Shown in pieces: positions 37,505 through 49,310 of a stretch of 64,000 nt of DNA. The translations under genes were made by a program, and so were the position numbers. The DNA lies in assembly GCF_036321535.1 (NCBI RefSeq), contig NC_087437.1:49230001-49294000 (forward strand), written 5' to 3'. Positions within the stretch are counted from its first letter, which is position 1. Every line of letters starts with the position of its first letter. Below the pieces are notes generated by a model, which saw nothing but the letters and a program-made list of their open reading frames with translations, made no database searches and was not told where the DNA came from. This DNA is from Camelus dromedarius. Its lineage: Eukaryota.

Positions 37505-38735
37505 GATAGAGAAGGACAAATACTGTATATTTCCACTTATATGTGGAATCTACAAAATAAAGCAAATGAATAAACAAAAGAGACTCAGAGATATGGAGAA
37601 CAAGCTAGTTGTTACTAGTCATAGTGCTCAATGTTACTCAAAACTGTTCTCAGTATTACTTATCGTCATGGAAATACAAATCAAAATCACAATGAGATAT
37701 CACCTCACACCTTTTAGAATGGCTATTATCAAAAAGAGAAGAAATATCTACAAATTTTGAACTCCCAGTCTATCCCTCCCCTCGGCCTTGGCAACCACAA
37801 GTTTGTATTCTATGTCTATGAATCTGTTTCTGTTTTGTATTTATGTTGTTGTTGTTCTTGTTGTTGTTTTAAGATTCCACATATGAGTGATCTCATATGG
37901 TATTTTTCTTTCTCTTTCTGGCTTAATTCACTTAGAATGACATTCTCCAGGGGCATCCACATTAACAAGTGTTGGTGAGGATATGAACAGAAAGAGGACC
38001 ATTGTTTATTGTTGATGGGAGTGTAAATTGGTATAGCTCTATGGAAAACAGTTTGGAGGTTACTCAAAAAACTTAATATGATCCAGCAATTTCACTTTTG
38101 GATATTTATCCAAAGAGTATGAGAACACTAATTTGAAGGGATATTTTCACCCCTATGTTCAATGCAGCATTATTCACAATAGGCAAAATATGAAAACAAA
38201 CTAAGTGTCCACCAATGGATGATTGGATAAAGAAGATGTAGCATAAATATGCAAAGGAATATCACTCGACCATAAGAAAAGAATAAGATCTTGCAATTTG
38301 TGACAACATGGACAGACCTTGAGAGTGTTATGCCAAGAGAAATAAAGCAGACAGAGAAAGGCAAATAATGTATGATTTTATTTATATGTGAAAAACAAAA
38401 CAAATGGAGAAAGCAAAACAAAACTCCTTGATACAGAGAACAGAATGGTGGTTGTCAGATGGGAGAACAATTGGGGCAGGGGTTGGGGGGAATAGGTAAC
38501 AGAGGTCAAGAGGTACAGTCTTTCATTCATAAAATAAGTAAGTCATGGGATGAATGTGAGCTTGGCGACTATAGTTAACAATATTATATTGAATATTTGG
38601 TAACTTTGTATGGTTACAGAGGATACTTTCCAATGTTCATTTCACAGTGTATACAAATACACAGTGTATACAAAATTGTATCCCTGAAACTAATATATTA
38701 TATGTCAAATTATACTTCAATTTTTTTAAAAAAAA
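37505..38735 (+). mobile_element. L1 3' pieces (L1MA9-like 3' end) with an out-of-order fragment at 37505-37619
   Basis: EIQIKITMRYHLTPFRMAIIKK, CTAAGTGTCCACCAATGGATGATTGGATAAAG, 3' UTR ending TATACTTCAATTTTTTTAAAAAAAA. Confidence 0.85.
37746..37963 (-). mobile_element. Internal fragment of the young L1 3' region with no poly(A)
   Basis: Closely matches ~18700-18920 (CTTGGCAACCACAA.TTTGTATTCTATGTCTATGA; SQKEKEKYHMRSL). Confidence 0.9.
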
Positions 38736-41700
38736 GAATGCTATATGAAGTCCCACTTCTTTTTGTATCTTTTACAATAATATAATGCAGAGATAAGCAA
38801 ATGGTGGCATTATTTCTTTACAGAACTTTGCCCTATGCCTGTGATTAAATCAGTTGCATGTATTCCTTAGGTTAAAATAATGTGCAAATCACATTATTTC
38901 TCTTTACTGTCTTTCACTTCAAGAAGTGAATGTGATGACTTCAGTATTCAGAGGATAAAAATAGCCCAAGACTCATAGAAAAAATTTAGAAGAATTAGAG
39001 CTACTTAACCAAAAAAAAAAAAAAAAAAAAAAAAGTGGGGTTGGGGCGAATGACAACACACTTTCAAAATTCAACAAGGCAGAATCACTAATCTTCAATG
39101 AGGTCAGGTTGAGGAGAGAAGAAAAATGTGGTTTAAAAAAGAACACTTTTGAAGGGTGAATGATTTAAGCACTGAGTTGGGTTCCTCTAGGTAATTATAA
39201 TGCATCCTTTCTTGGAATTTTTTAACAAAAGCAACTAGAGCAGGGCAGAAACAGGGTCTTTGATTTTTGTGGCAGTAGTGACTGGATCTACCTGAGCCCA
39301 GTGGGGATGAGGGAGGACAGTGGGCCCTTGGCCCAGCCCTCATGATCACCAAAGGTCTCCTGTGGACTAACATGCTTCATCACAGAGATATCCAGACAGG
39401 TTACAGAGAAGGAAACTAGTGCCCTGGTACCAGGTCATGCCACCTGGAGTGCACTGCAGATTGACAGTTTATAAATATAATTTTTATATAGACAATCATA
39501 GAGGATTATATTTTGTGCATGTTTATAGCACTAATGTGTTAGGCATTAGTGTTATAAATATAATGTTTTTAATGGTATATTTTAAATATAAAATACTTCT
39601 GGTAACTCTGCTTTAAATCATTTTAACAAACCAGGAATCTCAAAATATGAAAGGACCTGGGCTTTGTCCAACCTCTGAGAGGCATTTATCATGGATTAAC
39701 AAATTGGAAATGCTGAAAATCCCCTTACAGGGTTTGTCGATTTGCAGATTATTTACCTGGATATGTAATTGAGCAATACTGTGACTGGCCTGCTAGTTGT
39801 GATTATGGGGGCCTCCCAGGGGATCATATTAATACCAAAATTACTTAGCTTTTTATTAATCAATTACGGGCTGCTTTATTTAAGGTGTTTGCATTGGTGT
39901 AAAATCCACTGGGGCTTTAAAATTTCTTATTAAATCTTCTGCAGATTTTTTTTTTCAAAATGTGATAAATAACAGAGTTCTATGACATGATAAGAAAGCA
40001 AAGTATACCATTTGTAATTCTTAAAGAAAATTTCAGGTACCTTAACTCCAAAAAGCAGTAATAATTAGAATAGCAAGAGGTACCAAGATAGAGCAAATTA
40101 AATCCTATGGGCATCTTGTGGTTATTTTGGAGAAATCATTACCTACTTTAATCATTTGGATTATATGTGCTGGGAATGCACTAGTGATTACGGGTTTGAT
40201 AGATATGTAATTTGACTCTGGATGTCGACAGGATCACAACTCTAGATAGTAAATATTGCCAGTTACTGATGATGCCTACATTACAAAGTGGAAAAATCTT
40301 ACAAGCTGTAACTTGGACCTCATCAATATATTTATGCTAATAAACCCCTTTGTGGAAGGGAACATCACTGATTTCTCTCAAGGAATTTAATTTTCTCTCT
40401 CATATTTTTTCAATTTAAAAATTTTTTCCAGTCCAAATGGACTGAGATATAGAATATTCAAACTGGTATTTTTGTTTTTCTGCTTGTTGGACTTAAAAAG
40501 ACCTTTCCTGTTGGTTAATCTCAATGTAACAGGAAATAGTGCACTAGTATACTGGTTAACAAAACTTTACTAAGTTAACAGTACAACTGCACACTGACTA
40601 GACCATCCAAACCACATGCAGGGTAAAGCCTGGTCCTGGGGAGAAAGGCAGAGGACTCATTCATGTAATAGATACGCTTTGAGCCTAAAATATGCCAGAC
40701 ATGATACCAGATGCCTTGGGTATGTCCTCTTTCCTGTTATATGGCCAGCACCAAAAGTTGCTAAACTCAGCCCTCAGTCTTCCCTGGGGAAGCCACAAGT
40801 TCAGGAATGCCTTTGTTGGGTTTAAAGTTAATTAAGGGGATGACCAAAAATTTTTTCTCATATGAATCTCCAAAACCTTAAACCCTATCAGAAAGCCATT
40901 GTTAAACTTTGTGGAGGATGAAACTACCTTAAAATAAATCAGCATTTTGAAAGCTTTCCTATTTATAGTATAAATGTTATGGTTTTGCAGTGGAAGTATG
41001 ACTTACCCTTTACCTACTAGAAAAAATGGCCCAAGTGGAAAGATGTGATGATCAAATTTAGTGGAGAAAATTAAACTTTGGATTTAACAGAAATTTGGGG
41101 AAATGAAGACAAAAAGTGGAGCAACTATACTCAGTTACATGTTCTAATGGTCAAAAACTAGGTGCCTGTGCAGCAACAATATCAAAAAACCGGGTAGAAT
41201 CTGACCCATCACTTGCGTGACTCAGCTTCACTCACCTCACTGTAGTTTAGGCCTGAGCAACATGTGTCTAGCCCAGTAATCTCTCAACCATCTGTCCCTC
41301 TCCTCTGACAATTGGGTGTTGGGTTGGGTGAGGTCCCAGGAACCTGAGCTAGGTGGGAACTTGTTACCTACAGATGCAATATGTTCTCACCCAGGGAAAT
41401 ACCCAGGGCCTTAAGAGAATGGTAGGTGAGAATCAGAATGAACAGCCCATGCTGGGTGATTTTTCCAAATGGAACTGAAAGTGAAAAGGCAGCCAACCAA
41501 AGGATAAAGTTAAAGGGACGAAGGCAAATGTTGCTGCTGATTGAGGATGTGGAAAACTGAGCCTGCAATAATAAGTCCTGAGTCATCTGTGGACATCTAC
41601 ATGATCTTTTCTTATCCAGTTGCCCTAGCTGCTATGAGAACTCCCAGAACTTTGAAAGTGATGGCCAGAGGCAAACCATTTATGTATTTTGGCATTTCTA

Positions 41701-43499
41701 ATCATCTGACAATACACAGCGCCAAATTTGTGTACTTGCCTCATTATTATCAACTTTATACTTCTTTTTAATTTGGTCTTGAGGCAAGTAAGCTCAAGCT
41801 ACTGGCCATGGACTCTCCTTTCTGGAAGACTGATAGCATGAGACACCCAGCAAGGAGGACACTCACAACTGGGCTGAGAATGGCCTCTTAGTAGTGTCCT
41901 GCACTGGTCCAGGCAGTTCCATACCTGAAGCTCAAAAAGGCTGAGTGAATTGTCTAAGAAACTAGTAGAACTTGAATGAGTCCAACCCAAGAAGACTGTT
42001 ACGGAACAATTTGAAAACTTGAAGTCAACAAGATTAGTAGCCTCTCAAACAACCAAGAAGTATTTCTCCTATGCGTTTCCAAAACCAGCCTGACTCCAAA
42101 GCTAAGGCTTTTTCCTGTTAAGCATGAAAACTCAAGTGAAAACACAGTCAAAGAAATTCCTCTCAGAAGAGTCTGTGTGTGTGTGTGTGTATTTATATTT
42201 ACCTCCACCACCGTCATCACCACCAAATTCATAGGGGCACATTTCCCAAGGATAGTTTCCCAATTATCAATTCTAATGAACTGATCAATCTGAAAACAAA
42301 AGCCCCTTCTGGAAGTTTCCATTGCTAGGAAGTTTTCTGCTCTTTGTGGTGAAAACTGAGAAAGCTGATGTTCCAGAATCCAAATCTACCTTGTTCAGTT
42401 TCTACACAAGAGGCTAGGTGGAACCTGGTACAAATGAGAGAGAGAGAGAGAGAAGAAAAAGGAGTATTTTTTATACTTGCATTTGTTTAATTTCTCAGGA
42501 GATAGTATTAATAGACTATTCTTTTAAAAGAAGTAAATTAACTTTATACAATGTTTAAGGAATATTGTGTATGTAGGATCAAATGAGGGGAAAGGATAGT
42601 TTTGCCAAAGGCAACTGTTATCAAGGTTCTGAAATTAATTGGGTGCTTTAATTGAGGTAGATTACTAGCTAATGCTTGCTTGAATACAGTAATTCTCCTA
42701 TTAAATTATCTTTGAATAATTACCTGAAATTTCTCAGCTGCAGGAACTGATGGCTATTTAATTGCACAGTGATGTTGCTATATAATTACTTAACAAGGTG
42801 TCCTGTAATAGTTTAATTCCCTTTTTACTGAAAAAAGTGGATGATAAAGTAACTACAAATACCTCTTTCATAAAAAATAAATCGCTGCGGATTTTTTCCT
42901 TTACATTGTTTGATATTTGAAAGTAAATGAAATTATTTCTAAATTTTTTTATTTATAATTCAAGTATTGATGATTTTTCAAATAGGCTAGAGCCTCTCTA
43001 ACACATAATACGTTAGATAACATTTCAAAGGGTTGGAATCATCATTTTTAATTTTTGCTTATCTTGAGCATTTTATGTCTCATTATGAAATACCCAAGAA
43101 ACCACTCCTTTCTCTTCATTTTTATTGCATATTTTATCTGAGGTTTTCAAATTAGGTATGTAGTCATAATTAAATATTATTTAAATGTGGCCATATGACA
43201 ATGGCATGACAGAAAATGAAATGAATCACCTGAAATTATTTTGCAAACAATCTGCAAAGCAGGAGGTTTCCACCAAGACATCAGTTTATTAGCACTTAGA
43301 ATATTGCTACAAATGTTGGAATATCAATGACAAATAGCACCTGACCCTTATCAGGTTAATCTAATCGACCTCAATAGCAATCTTAATTTAACACTAAAGT
43401 CAAAATGCAAAGGACATAGTACATTTTGACAATTTTTCCTTCTTATGTAACTTGGTGATATAAAAACCAGGAAAATCTTAAGAAGGCTCAGCTGATTGG

Positions 43500-43760
43500 G
43501 CTGTTGTCTGAAAAAGCAAATTAATATTAGTGTGTTGCCAGTCTTATATATTAAATACCGTTCCAGGATTTGTCCTAATGATTTAACATTGTATAAATGA
43601 CCTTACTACCAGAATAATACATTCATTAAGCTTGATGAAACCAATGATTTGTTGGCAAAAACTAGAATTGAATACCATTTTGATAAATTGCAAGAATAGG
43701 TCATATTAATAAGATGAGGTTTGACACATTCAAGGCAATTTCATTCACATACAGAAGATG
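43500..43760 (+). mobile_element. Probable L3/CR1 LINE remnant
   Basis: TTTAACATTGTATAAATGACC...ATTAAGCTTGATGAAAC...AGAATTGAATACCATTTTGATAAATTG...AATAAGATGAGGTTTGA resembles the decayed CR1 RT region. Confidence 0.45.
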
Positions 43761-44600
43761 GACAGGAATAGTCCTTCCAGTATGACAGAAACAGTACTGA
43801 GTCATTGTGGAAAACTAGCTAAATATGAGACTTCACATTAGACCTTTTTTCTAAGCAAACCTAATACTGAAATACATAGATGAGAATGCAGAATATAGGT
43901 CTCAACATCTTAAGCATTGGTTGGTAAAGAACTGGTGATGCCAAACTCAATTTCCAATTTTGCTTTTAAATCACAGTTCATAGATACAATACATGCATCG
44001 CACCCATTAAAAACCAATAAACCCTTCAGTACCAGCAGGATATTTGTCCTGGCTCCATTATAAACAGTTTAATTCTACTTATGATAAAATTCTTGGGTCA
44101 GGTGAAACTATGGCACAGAATACCCCTCTGATTATTGTTTGAGGAATATGAGAAACATAGATGATCCACACTTTGATGAAATCAGCCTCAGACATTGTAG
44201 CTGTACATGGATCCAGTGCCTGAGAAGTATAGCACGCAGGGACATGTACACTTTGATTTGTGCAAGGAATGTGTCATCTAACAACCTGGCCCCCTGGAAG
44301 CATGAATGATGAATTTTGCAGCTAGTGAAAACTGTGTAATAGCCACTACATCTTTAAGATCTTTAAGATTACAATGGAGTTTTAAAATTATATTGAATGA
44401 CGAAGTAAAGCCAAGGTGTTTTGTCATTTCAGCTTTTTGGCCACTTAACAATATTTCAAAGTCAAACCAAACAAACTGCTTGCTACAGAGTCTGTCAGGA
44501 AGAATGAATGAGTTGATGCAGAGTAAGGAGGGAATTTGGCAGAGCAGGAAGGGTGGAGATAAGAGTGAAGGAGATGCAGAACTTGAAGAGATAGTCTGGG

Positions 44601-44730
44601 TTTTTTAATTGATGTATAGTCAGTTTATAATGTTGTGTTAATTTAGCTACTATACATAAAATAGGTAAACAGCAAAGTCCTGCTGTATAGCACAGGAAAC
44701 TATATTCAATACCTTGTAAAAGCCTATTGT
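44601..44730 (-). mobile_element. Very short L1 3' insertion with an internal inversion
   Basis: 44601-44643 is the antisense extreme 3' end; 44644-44730 is upstream 3' UTR in the opposite orientation (CTGTATAGCACAGGAAACTATATTCAATA). Confidence 0.8.
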
Positions 44731-46094
44731 GAAGGAATATTCTTAGTGATTCCCCAAAGGTTGTGCACCCCAAGATGAAATTCTTTGGTTGCTTATGAAT
44801 ATTGCAATCTTGGCCACTCTTTTGTGACTCATGTCACTCATATACTTCTGGTATTGAGGAGAGGATGCCAAAGGGCAGTTGGATTCTGCCCCAAACCTGT
44901 GAGAAACAGGGAAAGTGGGAAAATACTATTTCTGGGAAACTCTCTCCACATGCAGACACCTGGCCAAACCTGTGGTGGGCATGGATGTATGGTATACACT
45001 CCCAGGAACGTGTCCCGTTGGTGTGCCCCTGCCCAGGACGATCATGGCATAAGACAGCGGGCCCATTTGCCCTGTGTACTCTCTAGTAATTAATTTTTCT
45101 TTTTATTAATTTTACTATAACAAATAGCCTCAGAGGTTTTCTATAGGTGCTACAAATTCTTATTTCTCTAAGTAGCAATTGTGGGTAAGTGTTTTTTTTT
45201 TTTGTTTTTTTTTTTTTCCGTTTAGGAAATATATCATATTCTTCACCAGGAAATACAGAACCATTCTCTTTTTTTTAAGGTCTTAATTTTGTTTATTTAA
45301 AGTTGGAACTCTGTTCCGATCACATGGTTTAAGCAGCGGGTGTGGTAGTCTAATACCACTGTTGTGTTTGACTTCAGAATTAACTATGTTCGCTTTCAAA
45401 AATAGAAGTGGTCCTGAATAAAATGAATAGTCTGATTTATTAAGAATGGACTTCATTTTCTTGTATGGCTTTTCCTCAAATGGAAATATGTATCTCAGAA
45501 ATAATTATACAGGAAATCTTCCCTCAACTCACATATCCGCTCACCCCTAAAATAAAATAAAATGAAATTTCTTCATGTGGTTCCAAAAGGAAGGAGGCAT
45601 CATCTCTGTTCTTTGTCTCAATAATGCATCTTCTGCCAAAAGACAAATGTCAGATTAAATAGACAAGACAAAATAGAAATGTCTTCATCAAGAGCAAGCT
45701 GCTTTGTCCTGCAGGGTGTGGGTATGTGTTTACAGTAGTGTCACTCACTGTTCAGTGACTGAGATCAATTCTTCATTGGGAGTAACACTTTCACCATAAA
45801 TGAGAGACCACAATTAGGTCGAACTTTGATCAATCTTCCTGCCAACAGATCTGGAATCAAATTTTAAGCCTGATCTGAGCTCACATTCCTCCTTTATTCC
45901 AGTACAAAAGCTTGGAACTGCAGCGTCATTGAAGCATCCTTGAAATCGTTTGTGTTTCACTGGTGATGTGGGATATGGCAATTCTTTCATTCCACAAACT
46001 AGATGGGTTTTTTCTACTTTTGTTGAAGGAGAATTACTTAACCTTTTGTGGCCTTGTAGTCCCATTGGCAGACCTATGATTGTAGACTATAATG

Positions 46095-46250
46095 AGTAGT
46101 TCCCAAGCCTTATCATGCTTAATTTAATAATCACCTGGAGCTGGGTAAAAATGCGTTTTCCTAGGCCCCAGCACCAGAGATGCTGTTCAGTAGGACTGGA
46201 GTGGGGCTCAAGTAACTGCATTTTTCACAGGCTCCCGAGGTGATTCATCG
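46095..46250. mobile_element. MER5-family hAT-Charlie MITE
   Basis: AATCACCTGGAGCT...CTAGGCCCCAGCACCAGAGATGCTGTTCAGTAGG...TGCATTTTTCACAGGCTCCCGAGGTGATTC. Confidence 0.75.
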
Positions 46251-46419
46251 TACTTCGATGAACAGAGTTAGATGATCTCTGAGGTCCCTTCTAGAGTCTA
46301 ACAACTGCAATCAATTCATGAAATCCTGGAGCTGGTGAGTCTCCTAGAAATCACGTGGAATTATGTATAAACTGGTTGCATAATACAGATGAGATATTAT
46401 GTCAAGTTACAGTAATATT

Positions 46420-46600
46420 AAACAGCTAACATTCGTTGGGCATTTCTTAAATTTTGGCAAGCCTTATTTTAATGCCTCTGTAAGTATTAATTCATTGATC
46501 CTCTAACAATGTTAGGAGGAAAGTAGAGTGACTATGTCTGTTTCACAGGTGTGGATTCTGAGGCCCAGAGAGGTTAAGTCATTCACTCAAGACTGGACAG
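46420..46600 (-). mobile_element. MIR SINE
   Basis: TTTCACAGGTGTGGATTCTGAGGCCCAGAGAGGTTAAGTCATTCACTCAAG. Confidence 0.7.
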
Positions 46601-47039
46601 GCCTTGGGGAGTGGGCAGGCAGCTTCCCATGTTGAAAAGAACATTCTAGGTGGAGAGAGCAGAAGGAGCAAAAGCCCAGATCTATTAAGGTTCGTGAATT
46701 ATTCAATAGTAGCAAGTGCTACTGTGCCTGGGGCTCAAGTGGCTTTGAGGGGAGTATGAGGAGGGGGGAGGGAGGGAAGGAGAGGGGGTAGAGAGAATTC
46801 AGGCCTAAAACTGAAAAAGTAGCTCAGGGTCTTGTGTATAGTGGTACTTAGATGTTACAGAGTTTGGGCTCTTTTACCTTTTTATATTTTTTTACTTTTT
46901 ATCTTTTTTCTTTTTGACATATAGTCAAATTAGCAAAAGAAAGGTCATCTGTATTTATAATATATACATCTTTTATAAACCAAATAATTCCACTTATAGA
47001 ATTTTAAATTCATTAACAGAAATGAATATTAGGAGTTAT

Positions 47040-47460
47040 AGGGCTATTTCCATCACAGTTAAATAATGCTAAACTTTTGGTAACAACATAAATGTTCAAC
47101 CATAGGAGATTCTTGCAATAAATCTTTGTATGTGCATGTAATGGAACATCATTTAGCCATACAAATATTTTAGAAAAATATTTAATGACAGGGAAATGTT
47201 CATGGTATAGTGTTACTTTTTAAAAACAAAGTTATCAAACAATATATAGAACAGTATAATTCCAATTTTATGAAAAATACATAAAGGTGTATGGTTATAC
47301 ACATGTATTAAAAACACTGAAACATTAACAGAGTTCTCACAGCAAACCGTGATTATGTATGATGTTCATTTTCTTCATATTTGTCCATGTTTTACAGATT
47401 TTTCCTTATGAAACAGTGTCACCTTTTCTTTTGTAAAATAACTGTAATAAAAGCATATTG
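47040..47460 (+). mobile_element. Very old L1 (L1ME-type) 3' fragment
   Basis: AAATGTTCAACCATAGGAGATT...AAAATATTTAATGACAGGGAAATGTTCATGGTATAGTG...AGTATAATTCCAATTTT. Confidence 0.6.
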
Positions 47461-48402
47461 TTTAGAAATATTTTAATATGAATTGAAGCAAAAAAGATTT
47501 TCTAATGACCAAAGCACTTAATCAGGAAATCCCAAGTCTATGCATTGCAATTAAAATAGTTTCCACTTTCCAAACACAAATGCTTCAGCATCACTCCAAA
47601 GGTTTTTTGTTGGTTGTTTGTTTTTGTTTCCGTTTTTCTGGGCCCTCACATGCATGAAAATTTAGAAGATTTGTATCTTAATAGTGTTTCCTCACTACTG
47701 TGCAAATTCACCACGAGGTATGATGCCTTAATGAAACAGAGTCTCTGCCGTGGGCTTAGGAATCATCTGTGATGGGGGCAGAGATGGTGGGAGATTTAGG
47801 TTGTTTCTTCTTCCTTTCCTGCCAAGCCATGTAGAAAGTAACTGTGGCAGTGATCGCAGGCCATTTCTCTAACATCACAAGGCCTCCTAATGCTAACTAA
47901 GCACAGTCAACACTCACTGAAAAGGGAGATTAAGAGTTGTTTACAAAAGTATCTTAAAGTCTAGGGAGCTTTGCTCAAGAGTGGCTAGCACGTGAAGTCC
48001 ATCTGAAGGGTTTAAGTGTGTGGCAGTTGTTTGGATGGAGCAATGGTCTACTTACAGACGATGCAGTCTTTGGAGTTGGAGGGCCTGATGTTTTGATGCC
48101 AGTGACAGTGTTCTAGGCGTGCTCTCCGGAGCTGCTCCATGGTGTTAGCCACATGTCAGGAAATAATGAAAAGAATAATTAAACATATGGTCCTTCCCTT
48201 CCCTTGTCATATAATATTCACAGTCACCCCATGATGTAGGTGACATTGCTGTCCCCGTTTTATATTTGAAGAAACTGAGACGCAGAGAGGTTTAGAAAAT
48301 TGTCCAAGGTCACATTATCACCATTTCTTAGGGTCTCATGTGTTCCAGGCACTGGTGCCCAGGAGCACCCCACTGCGGCTCTCGGCTGTAAGCACTTAAG
48401 AG

Positions 48403-48823
48403 ATTTTTTTTTTTTGAATGATTGATTGGCGTATATAGTCAGTTTATAATGTTGTGTCAATTTCTGGTGTACAGCATAATGCTTCAGTCATACATGTACA
48501 TACATATATTTGTTTTCATATTCTTTTTCATTATAGGTTACTACAAGATATTGACTATAGTTCCCTGTGCTATATAGAAGAAATTCGTTGTTTATCTATT
48601 TTATATATAGTAGTTAATATCTACAAATCTCCAACTCCCAATTTATTCCTTCCCACCCCCCTCCCCACCAGTAACCATAAGATTGTTTGCTATGTCTGTG
48701 AGTCTGTTTCTGTTTTGTAGTAATTTCATTAGTGTCTTCTTTTTTTTTTTTAGACTCCAAATATGAGTGATATCATATGGTATCTTTCTTTTCTCTTTCT
48801 GGCTTACTTCACTTACTTAGAAT
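48403..48823 (-). mobile_element. 5'-truncated lineage-specific L1 3' end inserted into a MIR
   Basis: Poly(T) then GTATATAGTCAGTTTATAATGTTGTGTCAATTTCTGGTGTACAGC; AGATTTTT on both sides with TTTT/AA on the right; MIR sequence continues across (TAAGCACTT ... TTTCAGATGAGGAAACTGAGGCTC). Confidence 0.88.
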
Positions 48824-49129
48824 ATAGATTTTTAACTTCAAGTCTTACAAGAATCCTGAAAAGTATCAATTTGCCCATTTTTCAGATGAGGAAACTGAGG
48901 CTCATTTTAAGAGAACATGAAATACCTAAAGGGAGAATAACCAGGTGGGGAGGAGCAGCCAGGCCAGTGGCCTCCGGTCTTCATGCCATGCATTTCCCTT
49001 CCCCTTGTTGCTTCCACCTCACAGGCCCCTGAGATATTATTGTTCCACTCCTTAAAGGTCGGGTCCAAATGCAGATTCAAACACTGTAGAGGAAGACTTT
49101 CGTAAGTCCCAGAGAAGAGGAATACAGGT

Positions 49130-49310
49130 CTCCAGAGTCAGAAACAGTTGAATCCTGACTCTGACATTTAATGGTGGTTTGACTTCGGGGAAGTTTTAAA
49201 ATTTCTCAAGGCCTCATTTTCCTCATCCGTCAAATGAAAATTATAATGGTACTTGTCATATAGTTATAGTGAGGATTAAATGATATCATTCTTATAGAGG
49301 ATTTAACCAA
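49130..49310 (+). mobile_element. MIR SINE
   Basis: GTTGAATCCTGACTCTGACATTTA...GCCTCATTTTCCTCATCCGTCAAATG...GTGAGGATTAAATGA. Confidence 0.8.

Noticed and set aside
27770..38755. Possible TSD bracketing the whole L1 stack (AAGAATATTATGA versus AAGAATGCTATATGA)
   Set aside because: The match needs gaps and mismatches in low-complexity sequence.
45147..45184. 38-nt + strand exon-like segment (CTATAG|GTGC...GTGG|GTAAGT)
   Set aside because: Not frame-preserving, short pyrimidine tract and no recognisable product; expected by chance in 64 kb.
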